Below the pieces are notes generated by a model. That model was given only the letters and a program-made list of their open reading frames with translations, was not told the DNA's origin and did not search any database. From Amoebophrya sp. A120 (lineage: Eukaryota; Protista; Dinoflagellata), in assembly GCA_905178155.1 (NCBI GenBank), contig CAJINV010000003.1, positions 692,517 through 756,516 of the forward strand: a DNA stretch of 64,000 nt, read 5' to 3'. Positions 36,038 through 49,647 of this stretch are shown one piece after another (the stretch's first letter is position 1; each line of letters starts with the position of its first letter). A program made the translations under genes and the position numbers.

Positions 36038-38105
36038 ATTGTAGAAACTTGTCTAAGAATAATGAGGTACAAGAAAATGTTCTCATACAGAAGCAACGGC
36101 GTCTACGACTAAGCTGCTTCTTCGGCAGCAATTTACTTCGCGCATCTTCCGCAACTGTTGGACCACTAATGCTATGGACACGCGATGGAAATCATAACTA
36201 GGCCCGAGCGGTTGGTTGATTGACTTACCCACAGAAGACTGCCACTTTCAGATGTGCAGGATTTGTTCACTTTAAATTCTTGCATCATCCTCGCATCAGA
36301 AAATTGCTGTGCAAAAAACAAGGAAAAACGTTTTATTTATCGCGAAAAGATAATAAGAAAAGGCCATATTATTTGTTTCTTCACCGACGACCTACAGCTA
36401 ATGTAGAAACACAGCAATCGCGTTACTCATTACTACGTAAAGGTAAGAAATTGTTTCATCTGAAACCGATTGTTACATCAAGCGCACCACCGATTGCACA
36501 CGACGCATAGAACAGGACGACGCCGAATCCAAAAACGCAAACGAAGCTTCAACTTTACCCCGCAATCTATGAATGAATGACGAGCTATGGATGTTGAAAA
36601 GACAAAACATCAACTTGATTTCCGCGTGATTACGAAAATCAAAGTTGCGGTATTGAACCACTTCTATCCTCATTGGTTCTTCTCCTCCTCGTTGGCGAGC
36701 GCAGTTGTTGATGTTCCAAACTTTAGCTTTGGTATACGGGGGCGGCCTTAATATCTTCACCGCAGAACAACAGAACAGATGACACACACATCGCTCAACT
36801 TCAGCATAGATGTCGCTTCCATGACAAGTCGACGAAGATGAAACTCAAGCTCAACCAAAGTCCTTTTCCTTCCGAGAAGAATGGCACGAAGATCAGAATC
36901 AATAAAAATAAAAATTTTTTTCAACATACCTCGGTGCAGTAACTGCAATTTTAAGTATGTATATCTTTATTGAAAAGTTGGTGGAATTGTTGTTGCGCCA
37001 GCTTGAGCATAGACGTTGTGGATCTCGTTCTCGAGCGCTCAGCCTAGAGAATTCTGTGATCTCAATTTGAGTTCTCAACTTAGGAAAACGAAAAGTTGTC
37101 ATTATCCTAGGATGTTTCAGTTCGGAGATATGCTTTTTCATCAGCACATTTGATTTTCCACATTAATGGCATACAGTAATAAACATCTAAGTATTTATTG
37201 TCGTGTTCGTCTTCAAAGTGACATTTTAAACCTCATGTTTGACGAGGACCTTGTTCAACAACGAAAGCATCTATAAGTGTCTCTGTCTTTTCAAATTTTT
37301 ATTTTTGTTTTCGTTTTCATTTTGAATTAACATTAAGAGATTCAAAAAAAAACTCGAAGTGTAGTAGTACCGTATGTAAGATATAACTTCCAGCAAAGAT
37401 ATTTTTGTGTGAACAAATGAAGTGTCGGGCACAATAAAAGAACGAACGGCGCAGGTAGCAATCACGGCCTCTTCCCCGGTGTGCGGAGAAGGTGAAGTGC
37501 TACAACAGGAAGCAGAAGCAAAGCCTGTATCTACTCGTTGCGATGGCATTTGTAAAATTTGCGCTCCACTAATCTGCTACAACCTCAACCTACCAGTGAA
37601 AGGAAATACCGGCACCGGACCTCAGGAACCAGGGGGGGCGTACGCACTGTCATTGTTTCCTTTATCGCGTTCCGTTAGTGTGGTGAAACCGAGGCGAAAA
37701 ACGTCATCAAGAAGGAAACGGGACCAGGTACTCACTGTCGCTACAGAACACGACTCCTGCTTCGTCCCAGTCGCTGTGACATTTTTGCGGTCCTTGGCTT
37801 TGCTGGCGGGGCACGAGGAAGGGTCGTGCAAGAACCGAATCGACTTGTTCTACCGTTCTACCGAAAGAAAAAAATAGATAAAAATCGTGGAAAAGAAGAT
37901 CGCACCGTACGGCGGGGGGAACCACCGAAGTTTTTGAGCACAAGAATCCAGACTACACCGAGAATCCACTCAGCACAAAGTCAAGTATAATATCGATATC
38001 CGTGCGGTGCGGTGTTCGGAATAACTTGTTCCGGGACGAGCAGCGGATTGATACCGAAGACCGCCGCGACGGCCGCGAGTAAGTACTTCGCAAGACAACA
38101 AGAAG

Positions 38106-40687
38106 ATGGGTGGTCCGAGCACGCTAAAGAACAGAGGCGGCCCAACGTCGCCCTCGAGCCTCGGGAAGTTTAACGCCAACAAAAGCTCGTCCTCCTCATC
38201 GCGTGGCGGAAGCAGAGTAGCCTCCTTGCTCGAGCGGGTGTGCAATGGCAGTTTTGTCCTGGGAATGCTCAGCGTGCTGTGCCCAATCGGGCTCTACCAC
38301 GCTCCACTGCACCAGGTGAAGCCATGGGCAAAAAAGATCGGCGAAAAAGCTGCCTGCATGCTGTTAGGCAGAAACTGCGACCCCACAGCGAAGTGGCTTC
38401 GAATCGTACCGCATTCGAAGGACCCTAAGGTACCAAAATCAACGTCAATCTTGTTCCTCCCGACTCGTTGCATGGGCATTGTTCTCATGTTCTTCATGAC
38501 TTGATGTTTTTGAAGTTGAGCAGCCTGAGGATATCTACACCTTCAAAGCCTTTGATTTGCATATGCATTTGTGTAGGAATACAAGAACTCTGAACACATA
38601 CAAGTGCTCATAGAGAACTTGAGTTAGAGGGAGATACACAGTCACAGCAAAACGAATGCCTGAGTCTCTACTTCATCTTCTAAAAACAAAAATTCTAGAT
38701 CGGGAACATGGCCAAGTGGTTAAAAAACGAGTGTCGAGCAACCGGACTGGACAACGTTTTTATCGGAGAGTTCCCGAAAGGACCCGAGGGCCAGCTCGTG
38801 CGAGGTTTGGGTTTCACTAGAGATTTGAAAACTAGCCCCCAGTATATGTTTCTTTGTGTCCCCCAAAAAGAAAAATGAGTAGACTGGTGATCTAGTCCAA
38901 GAAACTAGCTGCATGTTTTGTCGATTATGATTCAAATTTCTGTCTCATCTCATATCACAGGTTTGGGCTTCTCGAGGGCAATAAAGAAGGATACACTATT
39001 CGTATGTATACCGAAAAAGTGTTGGCTTGGTGAGCCGAACCTCCCGAAGAGATATGCCGCACTGAAGAAAAAACACGCACCGGTAGTTCCTTTTTTCTGC
39101 TTATCATGGTTTTTTGATTCAGAAGTGAAGTTACATGATGATGAAGAGATAGCACCGTTAGTCAGATAGAAGGCACATTTTTTTTGGTTTCGTTGTTTTG
39201 GTTTTGCTCCTATATACTCCGGATTCTGACTGTGATGTGTTTGTTCGTGCTGTGCGTGCGCGCCTGTAACTGCTGCGGCCCGGCAAGATTACACAAGCAT
39301 TTTTTGATGATGTGTTTTTTTACTCTTTACAGCAATGCGACACGATCCAGTATGTGATGGCACTGTGGATGGCGGACGAGTTTCGAAAGGGCGAGAAAAG
39401 TTTTTGGAAACCGTATCTGGATACGATCCCAACCAAGTCAGAGTACGAGATGTACCATCCGGCCTTCTGGAAGTCCAGCGGAGAGCGTTTCTACAAGCAA
39501 TGCGTGGATGCAAATGGAGGTACTGACGCTCCACTAGTATAGTACCTGCCAGCCCTGCCACTAGTAGCCTTCGCACATCGACTAGATCCTAGTACAAGTA
39601 CTTCATCTCTATCGTGTATTTCTATTCTCTTGATCTTGATGATGATGTTCAATCATGCGTGTCATTTCTGCTTCACCGGGAACGAACAAATCAAAATTTA
39701 CTACCAGGCAACGCGGCCAACTGCAAGCAGCCATGGGATGCCGAAGGAGACGGATCGCACCTCTGGAACCTATGGTATGGATGGGTGCAGGACTGCTACC
39801 AGAAGTATAATTCATCCTAATCTGCTTAATTTTGAGAAAATTGAAATTCGAAAAAATCATTTAGTAGCAAAAATTCTGGAATGAAGTTCTCGACCCATCG
39901 TCATCAAAAGAACGCCGGGTAATGAAGAAGAAGATAGTCGGTCCTGCACCAAAAAACTAAGTATTACAACATCAATACGTCGTGTTTTTATCTACTATCC
40001 TTAGGTATTCCCAGGAGTTTGACGCCGGGAATTTCAAGGTTCCCTCCGACGAACCCGGCGCAGAGCTGCTCCAGACGAAGCTGACCCCGGAGGAGGTGAA
40101 CTTTGGCTACGTGCTGACCATGACCCGGGATTTCGAGGGGGTGGGAAACCTCCCGTTGATCGACATGCCCAACACGGAGGAGGAATACAATTCGCACCAG
40201 TACTGGTACGACGAGCGGAAGTCCATGTTTTGCCTCCTCAACGAGAAGCCGGTGGCCAAGGGGGAAGAAGTCAACGTGAACTACGCCCAGAACACGAAGA
40301 ACCCCTTCATGATGTTCGCGCAGTACGGCTTCGCGTTGGAACCGAAATACCACTCCGAATACACCCACTCGACCGCAAGATGTCAAGGTACCTTCTACGA
40401 CAGAATGATATTATACGAAAGAACAGAAAGCACTACTCTTTGCAATTGCAGCCGATTATTTTAAAAATGTCTACCTTTATTTCTCTATGCAAATCCAATA
40501 TTTTTTTCCAGGTCTACAAGACGGGGACAAGGTGCACGAGCTGCAAAACCCAGTGGCCGAAAATTTTAGTAATTTCGCAAAGCGATATTGCAGCACGGAA
40601 GAGATGGAACGCATGAGGGTAGAGGAGTACGGGGAAGGCACCGGGGCCGAAAACGGACCGAACGATGCAGCTATGGCCGATTTGTAG
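38106..40687 (+). CDS. SET-domain lysine methyltransferase-like protein (Rubisco-LSMT/SETD3/SETD6 class), multi-exon with GT-AG introns
   Basis: Exon peptides GLGFSRAIKKDTLFVCIPKKCWL, SFWKPYLDTIP, LPLIDMPN, VAKGEEVNVNY, QYGFA. Exact exon set not fully resolved. Confidence 0.7.
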
Positions 40688-42604
40688 GCCGTGCTCACCT
40701 GCACCAACAGGAGGAGTAACGGCACCTCGGACAAACATAAATCTAAGCAGTGATGAAGTATAAATGAAAATAAGCAACAACACTTTCAAACGGTTCCACA
40801 TGACCAATCTCAACAAACAATCAATCGACTTGAGCGCTTTTTTCTTCCGTATGTATTCAAATTTTACTTCAAACAAACTCGCAGCAATGATTCCAGTTTG
40901 ACATCGCGTTTATCCCTACGATCAGTCGCAAAGTCGGCCCGGCGCGAGGACAAGAGACGTGTGATTGCAAATGCGTCACGTGTGTCATCTTAATTTATGC
41001 GATTGGATAATATCATTGGCTGGACGAGTGGTCAGGGTTACCGTACAGTTCTCTCATTTTTCGAGTAGGAGTAATTTTTCACACTACAAGTACAACATCT
41101 AGCTTCTCGCTGCTGCACCGTCCAAAGTTGATACGGTTAGTTATGCGGGGATTCGCTAATTTGTTTTTCTATTTCTAGTATAGCGACCACATTTCCAAGA
41201 AATACTGACTCTCTACCCCTACAACAACCAATTCCAATGGAAGATCACATCCGCCGACAATGTTGCATGCTGTGTGATTTTTCAACAAAGAAAAAACTAA
41301 GCAGCATAGTGACTAAGCAGCGTGTTGGCAATACTACTTCTACGTGGCTGTTTTGTACACGAGATCAGATCTGCTTCTCAAAAAGTTTTTTCTCAGACTA
41401 GCCGCGACGAGGTGCACGACCGAGGGAAGAAGGTAGGGAACTCGTTGCTGCTACAGCGGAGCTGCCCACTCTAGTATGTACTGCGACTAGATTAAACTTC
41501 TCGTATCATCTACTGAGGACCCTCAATGTGGAAAATTGAAGAAATTCATTTCATACATGATACAGGTGTCAACGAATGTATAAGTATCATACTTTTTGAC
41601 GAGCAGGATCATGTTAACAAAATGAATATCGACACGAACACCGACGATCCCGCAATACTAGTGCAGGTACTCCACAACCGAGTAGTAATTGGCTCTCGAG
41701 CGGTAAAGCCAAAAGCTGGCGCTGCATCAACCGCAACCGCTAGCATGATATGAGCCTCGATTTCCGGTACGAGTATGATCGGCATGGATAATGTAGCATC
41801 AAACATGAGCCGCAACTGCCCAGCAGCTTTTCCGAATCTAAATTGCCACGTCGCTAAACCTTCAGGAAGATTTTTTGTTTTCACCATCAAGCCGCTCGCA
41901 ATGAGTCACGATATCAAAAAGCGTCGTCAGCACTCATTCACTCCAGCGCGATCTCTTCTTGTTTTCGGCTCCAGGTCAGGACCACATTGCGGAGCTCCCC
42001 CGCAGCATAGCGCTTGCGCGATGTTCATCTCTTGTGATTATGTTGTATTTTTGATGACAATGACATACATAGAAATAGAATTAGACCGTGAATATCTCAA
42101 TGTGCTGGATGTATTTCGTGGCGAACAAAGCAGCGCGTTCAAATCTATCATCTTGTGTTTGTGCTACCGAGTTCTTGTTTTCGTTGTTGCATATGCGCTT
42201 GGCTTCGGCTTCATCGTGCGCCTGCAACTGCTTGTTGTTTGTTTAGTGCAAAAATGAATTTTATTTGTACTAAACGTGCTGCAGCCGCTCCAATCCGTGA
42301 GCGAGATGAAAACAAAGATCTTCTTCAAAATCAAATCATGAAAACAACAACTATAAATGTTCTTGCTGCATCAATTGCAGAAGCATGTGAAAAATGTTTT
42401 GTTTACCGTGACGTTTTCTCTCGTGCGTCTTGTTTTTTTTTCCAAGCGCAGCACATAGAGAATAAACATCAACGTCGGTAGAAGACGTCGCAGGTTCTTG
42501 CACTTCGATTTCTGATTCTGGTAAAGGCAGAGGCAGGTCGCGGTTCATCTTCCCACCCGGTCGCGGAGGTCGTAAGCCCCGTATTAAGCCAGGGCAACTA
42601 CATC

Positions 42605-45600
42605 ATGGCGGCCTTTTCTTTCCAAGGGGGTGCGGGGAACTTCTGGAGTAGTTTCTACGACGTGGGTGAGAACAGCCTGTCAGACAAAATTGCGAAACCA
42701 GAAACCACGCTGGAAGATGTTTTGGACGACGAGCAGCTGCTCCAGTTGTTCCGCGATGAGGGGGAAACCTCGCTCCAGGATTGGCTCTGTGAGGAGACCC
42801 ACGTCCGTGAGCTTCTCACTCTTCTCATCAAGGAACCGCCACCCGATGCCACCCACGACCAAGCACACAAATTTCCCTTTGTAAGACTAAGAATGAACAT
42901 CTTCGCACGATAAACTTGAAACATAATGGATGCTGATGCAGGTTTTCCTTTTTCAAGAAGAGTGATGCATTTCACATACCGGATATCGAACGGATTCGAC
43001 GTTAAAATGAAAATTATAAAAATCCACAGGTTGCCTGTGAGCTCTTTAGCTGTGAGGTTCCGCAACTCCTGCAGACAGTGGTGCAAAATCACAGGCTGCT
43101 AGACTACCTGTTCAGCTTTTTGATGCGCAATGTTGAGGGGCCAGCTGGTGTTGGAACGTCAACGACCGCAGCGGGGTATGAACTGCAAAAGTATCGTACT
43201 CGTATAAATGCATTACAAATTTCCTCAGCATGACAAATAAAATTTGTCATGCGGATTTACCTTACGAAAAAACTTTGTAATGCAAGACAACTCGCATTTA
43301 TACGAGTACGATACTTTTGCACAGGATACGGGGGGCGCCCCCGGCGTGCTGCCGGGTGTAGCGGATTTGTGGAGCCCGCGAGAATATCAACTGTAAAAAT
43401 GTCTGGATCTGGAAGAGTGTTAAACTTGTCATGCAGGTTTTCCATGACCCATGAGGTCTGGAATGCGGGACTTAGCATGACAGAGTCTGTGAGGTCTCTG
43501 CTATGCCTATCCTGCATGAGAAGCTCCCTCCCAACTTGGTTGAAAGTGGACAGCTTTGGGCCCTCATGCAACACAGATTTTCGCATTATTCGGATTTAGC
43601 ATGACAAGTTGCAATCAATCTTGCAGACCCAGACACTTTTGCAATCCATAGAGAAAACGGGCAACTCAACGACCTCATGAACGGGCACCGAGGAACCACC
43701 ACGGAAGAGGAGGAACAAGACAAAATTTGCCTCAGTAGCCCGACGCACACCTACACAGAAGATCTACTGATGAATCAAGGACCACGACCAGGTGAACCTG
43801 AGAAAAAATCAACTTCAAGCTCTGGTGCCCCTACAAGAACTAGCGAAGATGGGGCCGAGGTCGAGGATGCAAAAAGCAAAGCGGACGAGGAAGCTAGTAC
43901 AGTGCCCGAAGAAGATGAACACGGGGATGACAAAAAAGTGACAAAAACAATCTCGTCCGAAGAAGTGGAGCGCGCGGCAACGAAAGTTCTTTCCGGGGCG
44001 GATGCAACTGCAAGCGCGAAGCAAATAGTAACTTCTGCAGCTGCCAACGAACCGAAAGGTGGTAGTAGCCGCGAGCTTGCAGAAGTAGACCATCTTCACA
44101 TAATTGAATCAGAGGAACTCAATTCCGTGCTGGCTGGATATTTTTGCAAGGTCGTCTCCCTGTTGTTGCTGCATTTTCCCATGGAGATCGGAGCATACCT
44201 ACGCGCGAAATACGCCTCCCTGCTCTCCGCATTTTTCAAATCTCTTTATTGCCGAAGCGTGATGGAGCTGTACTGTCGCATGATCAACACACCACGTGTG
44301 GAATTTCCGGCGGCGAAGTTTTTGCGCGACGTTCTCAGCTTGTACGACGAAACCCAGAGCAAGTTAAGAACTTCTGCAGGAGATGGTGACACGAAAACAA
44401 GCGATACAAATAAAACTAAAGACGCAGAAGATGCCACAACGTCAGTAGCAGGCGGAGCTTCAGCTGTTGTTTCAACATCTCCCTCAGCACGCAATGGTGA
44501 CGGCGGAGAAACAAGTACCACGGGCAGTCCGCCAGTTGTGTTTTCTCCGTCCTCTCGGTCATCTCGCGGAGGTGCGGGAACTAGTACATCAACCACGGCA
44601 CAATCCGCCGCATCTTCCGCGGCAGCGACGTCGTCTTCGTCATCTTCAAGCATAATTGTTGCAGGAGGAGCTGGGAAAAATGAAAATAGAACATCATCAC
44701 CGACGGCGCGACGAGGACAACAACATCATGATGGACATCAGTCCCAGTCGGCAGAACATCAAAACCAGGACTGGATTCAGGTGCTCAGGACCTGTAGCGA
44801 TGCGGAAGTGACGCGGCTGCCCGGGGAAATTCCGTACATATTGGAAGATCTGTTGTCGCAGAGGGATCTGCCCATCCCCTTGCTCGCGGAGCTCGTCAAA
44901 TTCAAGCCGAGCCGCCTGCTCAGCTCCGCAAACGAAGACGAGGTATCCGCGGGCGTGTCCCTGTGCAGCAGCATTTTTCAGACGTGTCTGGACGTGGTGC
45001 GTGACGACTCGCAGGATTTCGATACCGAAGAGGACTTCGAAAGTACCTTTGACGCAGGCGCCGCGGGCATGGCCCCGCCCCCTCCACCTCGAGAAGATGA
45101 CAGCGCAAGCCGATTCTCCCCCGAGATGAGACCGTTTCAAGAACACGGCGACCACGACCTAGGAGATGAATCAGATATTTCTGGTCCTCCGCCCATGGAC
45201 GCGCTCGAATTGTCGAGCGGTGGCGAAAGTAGAAAAGTGGAGCTTGACGCAGATGGCATCCCGGTTCCTCTACCGGTCGAAGAGAACCTGCAAAGCTTCC
45301 TTGTCACTGGCTCTCAGCCTGCAACTGTGGAAGTCGTGCCGCGGCCGCGCACGAACGGAATATTGAAGGAGAAAACTGGTGGTGAACAGGGAGCTGATAG
45401 AAGCGAGGCAACTTCTTCGAGTGCAGCAGCAGAATCAGCGTTACTCGAGACCACCTCTCCACCGCCCGAGGGCGAAGCAACCTCGTCTGCGTCGGCCCCG
45501 GCCAGCGCTGCATCTTCCGCAGACACATCTAGCGGGGCGGCCACGCTGTCAGCTAGTACAAGAACTTCTTCTGCTGAAGCGAACCCTGCTGCCCCTGCTG

Positions 45601-48152
45601 GAGCGGAAGTTTCAAAGAGCTGCACCAGCTCCGATTTGTCGTCAACGAGCACTCCTCCTAGTACTGATGTCGAAGCAGCCGGCTGGAAGATGCTGGCGAA
45701 AATTGAAGCAGAAATGGATGCTTCTCTGGAGCAGCCTTTGCAACACGCTATTTCTGTAGTACCGCGTCCGGAACGCTCGCCCAAGCAAAGAATCGACGCG
45801 CTTTTCACGGACTTTCTCGCACATTTTGAGGAATGCTTCGCCCCCGTCGCGTTCCGCATGAAAGCTCTGATTCGACTGGCAGAGAACGAGAAAATAAACG
45901 ACGGAGGAGCCGCACGACAGGCCGGCGCACCAAATGATGCTCCGCGGTTGCTCCAGATGAAGGAGGACAGCAAGAACGCATCTCCGCCTTGTGTCGTGGT
46001 CGAGCAACAAGAGCATTCTCTACCGGAAGCGGACCCACGCGGTCCGCCGCCTGCAGTAGTAGAAGTGGACTTCAATAGTCTCAAAAAAGCTGCGCCATCA
46101 TGCGCTAGTAGTACAACAACGACCGCAAACCCGTTGTACAACGTATTTGAGTTGATTTGCCTTTTCACCTCCTTCGTTACCGCCTCTGCGCCGGCCACCG
46201 CAAGCCGCTTGCCGCTGTTGTTGCAACACGGCATTCCGCAGAAGGCGATCGAGCTTTTTTTTCTGCGGCCGTGGAACAGCATTCTGCACAACAACGTCGT
46301 GCTGCTCATGCGCGGGATCCTGCACGCGGAAACGCTCTCGCTTCGGGAAAAGTTTTTTTTCCTCCTGGACACCGAGTTTCTCCAAAAGGCGGCCGAGGGG
46401 ATCGGGCCGCCCCCGACCTTTGTGCCGCCGCCCCCGCCTCCCCGCGATCATAGGGGCGTGCCGCGTCCTCCACTAGGAATTCCGCGGTCTCCGTCACTCC
46501 CGCGCGGAGGTGGCGGGGGAGGTAGCAGTGCTGGTGGCACGACAACGACCACAAGTCCGACGGGAGCCGGTGCAGCAGGAGACGGCGCGGAGACACAGCA
46601 GGAGGACAAAAACAAAAAAGCAGATGAGAACAAGAAAATAAACGGAGACCACACGACCAGGAGTGAAGACGAAGCGCCGTCGACAGCTTCGACAAGTACA
46701 ACTGGAGGTCGTGAGGATCTTCATGCAAGTACATCAACGGTAGTAGAGGCAGCTCCATCTGGAGGTTCCTCGGAGTCGGACGCGGTAGCAGCAACTGCTA
46801 CAACCGGCACTGCAGGTACAAGTACAACCTCTAGGAGAGAGCGTTCGCCGCCGCCTGCGTCAACATTCGTGCCACCCCCGCCTCCACCTGTAACGACGTC
46901 CACCGGGGATGTGGTGTTTTATTTTCAGATGCCGCGCAAAGGATACTACCCCCACTTGATGGAAATGCTGGACGACGTCCTTCAGCTGGTGAAACAGTTC
47001 GACTTTCCGAACCTAAACGGCGGGGGCAATAATTCGACTACAGGACGAGGGGGTCGTGAACGTGATGAACGTCGTGAAAGTCAAGATGCAGTGAGTCCTC
47101 GAGGTGGTGCAGCACCTGCCTCCGATGATGAAAGTCAAGATCCCGTTCCCGCCCCAAGAGTAGCGTCCTACGGCATGGAGTCGTCCCCACCGAGCGAGGA
47201 TCCCACACCGACCGCGGCTGCGCTAGCAAGGAACATCCAAGATTGGGCGGACACTGCCGGTCAAGAGATCACGACGGAAGCGAAGATCAAGCGGGGCGTG
47301 GACGAGGAGGACATTCGTACCTGTCGCTTGCACCTGGAGTGGTGGAAGAATCTCACCGGGGGGTGCGGGCATCATTCGCCGCCGCGGTCTGTATCCACCG
47401 CGCCGGACTCTCCGGACGATCCGATGCTTGTTTCAGGGCACAATCTCGACTTCGCGTTAACAGGGACGATGAACAAGCACGACGTAGACCACGCAGGAGG
47501 TGGAGGGGGGCACTCGACGTCGCACGCAGCAAACGTGCCGCCGCTGAGAAGTACTAGTACGAATTTGAGTTTGGAAGATTCTAAAGTTTTTTTTCCGCTC
47601 TCGCTCATTTGTTCAACGTTCTATTTTTCGTTCTGATTTGTTTGCATAAGAGGGGCCGATGATTTTAGAGCATAAAAATAATCACAACATGCGCCAGCAT
47701 TACCATCTGTGATTCACCGCGACTGCTTGTTTTGCTATCCACTTGCCAATCTCTACTTTTAGGCCTCGAGCAGAGCTCTCTGAGTTTCCGCGCCATCGAG
47801 GGCCTGGTGATGCCGTCCGCCGGGCACAGCGATGTCGACATAGACGGCATCGGCGAAGTGGAGCAGCCGAAGCCCATCTCTTATCCTGTGCAAAAGTATC
47901 GTGCTCGTAGTAATTCTAATTGCAGTCATGCATTACAAATCTTTTTCGTAAGGTAAATCCGCATAAAAAACGTTATTTCTCCTGCTAAGGAAATTTGTAA
48001 TGCTTTTATACGATTACGAGTACGATACTTTTGCAATGCATATCTCTCCACCAAACTCCATTTCCCCGCCGAGGGAGTCGGGGACGAGCACCTTGGTCTC
48101 CAGTCCGAAGGGGGTTCGCACCGCTTCACACGAACGTGCGTCAAGCTACTAG
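42605..48152 (+). CDS. SAPS-domain PP6/SIT4 phosphatase regulatory subunit
   Basis: TLEDVLDDEQLLQ, HKFPF|VACELFSCEV, LNSVLAGYFCKVVSLLL, FFLRPWNSILHNNV, RKGYYPHL. GT-AG introns 42881-43029 and probably 47551-47762, plus 3 introners; all joins in frame. Confidence 0.85.
43177..43328. mobile_element. Introner family A (152 bp)
   Basis: Close relative of 15642-15793; TSD CGGGG; frame restored. Confidence 0.93.
43385..43650. mobile_element. Introner family D, reverse orientation (266 bp)
   Basis: Family D TIRs with interior inverted relative to the 22005 copy; TSD GAGAA; frame restored. Confidence 0.9.
47882..48042. mobile_element. Introner family A, reverse orientation (161 bp)
   Basis: Starts TATCCTGTGCAAAAG, the reverse complement of the 3' end of the 15642/43177 copies; TSD TCTCT; frame open to the stop at 48152. 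Confidence 0.9.
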
Positions 48153-49647
48153 AGGAGAGCAAAAGTTTTATCGTGGAGATAAACTATGACTCAGACTCAG
48201 CCAAGAGAATTTGAATTTTAAACGAAAGAGAAAGGACGCGTGCGCTCGCTGCTGGGCGGGCACAAGCACAACTTCTACTTGATACTTACATTATTTTTGT
48301 TGACGCTCCTGCTAGTGTTGACTCTTCATCACACGACAAGAACGGAGGCACCAGTGACAGAGTCAGAGACAAGATGAGGATGGAGCTGTTTTGGACATGT
48401 TGACCATTTTCATCATGGCAATTAGGCGCAAGTCTGCTGGGCTCTGGCACTCCTACTTGGGCGGGTCGACGCCCGCATGTTGTATCTCTGCTTGTGGTAT
48501 TCGAAATTTAATATTGAAGATGAAGCTTGGTCTTGGAGATGAGTGTGCATGTGTTTGTCAAAATCTACAGTCCTTTTACCATCATGATGATGAAGAGTGA
48601 TATAATGAGCACAGATTGCGTCCTGCGTCTGCAGCTCCGACTGCAGCTTCTGTCTTTGCGTAAGAACCGTTCCGGTCTTCTTGCAGGTCCTTGAAGTAGA
48701 ACAAAGTGTTGCTCTTGTAGGGCCTTCTTGATACGCCAGCAAGTAAAAGTAGAATTGATGTTGAGAAGTTTTTATTTGGACGAAAGATGAAATTTTGAAC
48801 TTTGCTGGGCCTTCCAGGAAAAAACTGTCGTGGAGTCTCGCTTCCAAAAATTCGATAATTAGACAAAGCTTTGTGTGTAGTTGATCATGGCGAGCTCAGC
48901 ATCTAGGCATTCATCGCTTCTGTAGTGAGTCTTTTATTTTCGTGATTCTGCAGCTTGTGATCGTCATCGTGTTGTTTCTGTCTGTAGTCGGTCCTGTTGT
49001 CGAGTTCTTTATTATAAAAAATTTGGGGTTCTTCTTGCGCCACCTTTAATACGAACGAGCGTACTACAACTAGGTGTTGCATATTTAATCGACCACGCGT
49101 CGAAGAGTTGTAAGGAAATCGTTGCGATGTGCTGCTCTTCGTGGTGCGGGACAGGGATAGCTACAGGACCTGCGCGTCCTCGACCTCCGGTACTTCCGTA
49201 AGAGATGGCCTTGACAGTCCTGCAAAGGTAAAGAAGCCAGACGCTGAGTCACTCCTGACGAGCCACAGTGACGACCCGCCTGCTCGCAGTTGTTTCGTCT
49301 CGTGCATGTTGCTCCTTGCTTGTCCAACAACCTCCAGTACGACGACCTTTCTGCCCCTGCTCAGCACGTCGCTCCACACTGCCACCCTGTACGGCACGGC
49401 CCACGAGAACTTGTTCTTCCCGGTGAAGAAAAGCTGCAAATCGGTGCGCCGTCATCTATTTATCCTGCTATCGACGGTTTCGTCAACTACACCTTCCGAG
49501 GCACGGCACGGGCATCAAAATTCGCCGCATCGAAGGAGGTGGTTGTGTGGTGCAAGAAATTCTACCAGTTTTGTTCCGGTGTTACGACATCGCGGACCTT
49601 CACGAGTTCTCAGCCAAGAGCTGCAAGGGAGTCCTCGCCGGCGGAAA

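Noticed and set aside
48390-49640. Possible extra gene or upstream Ppx exons
   Set aside because: Several frames are open and splice-like sites exist, but there is no recognisable product and I cannot choose among the models.
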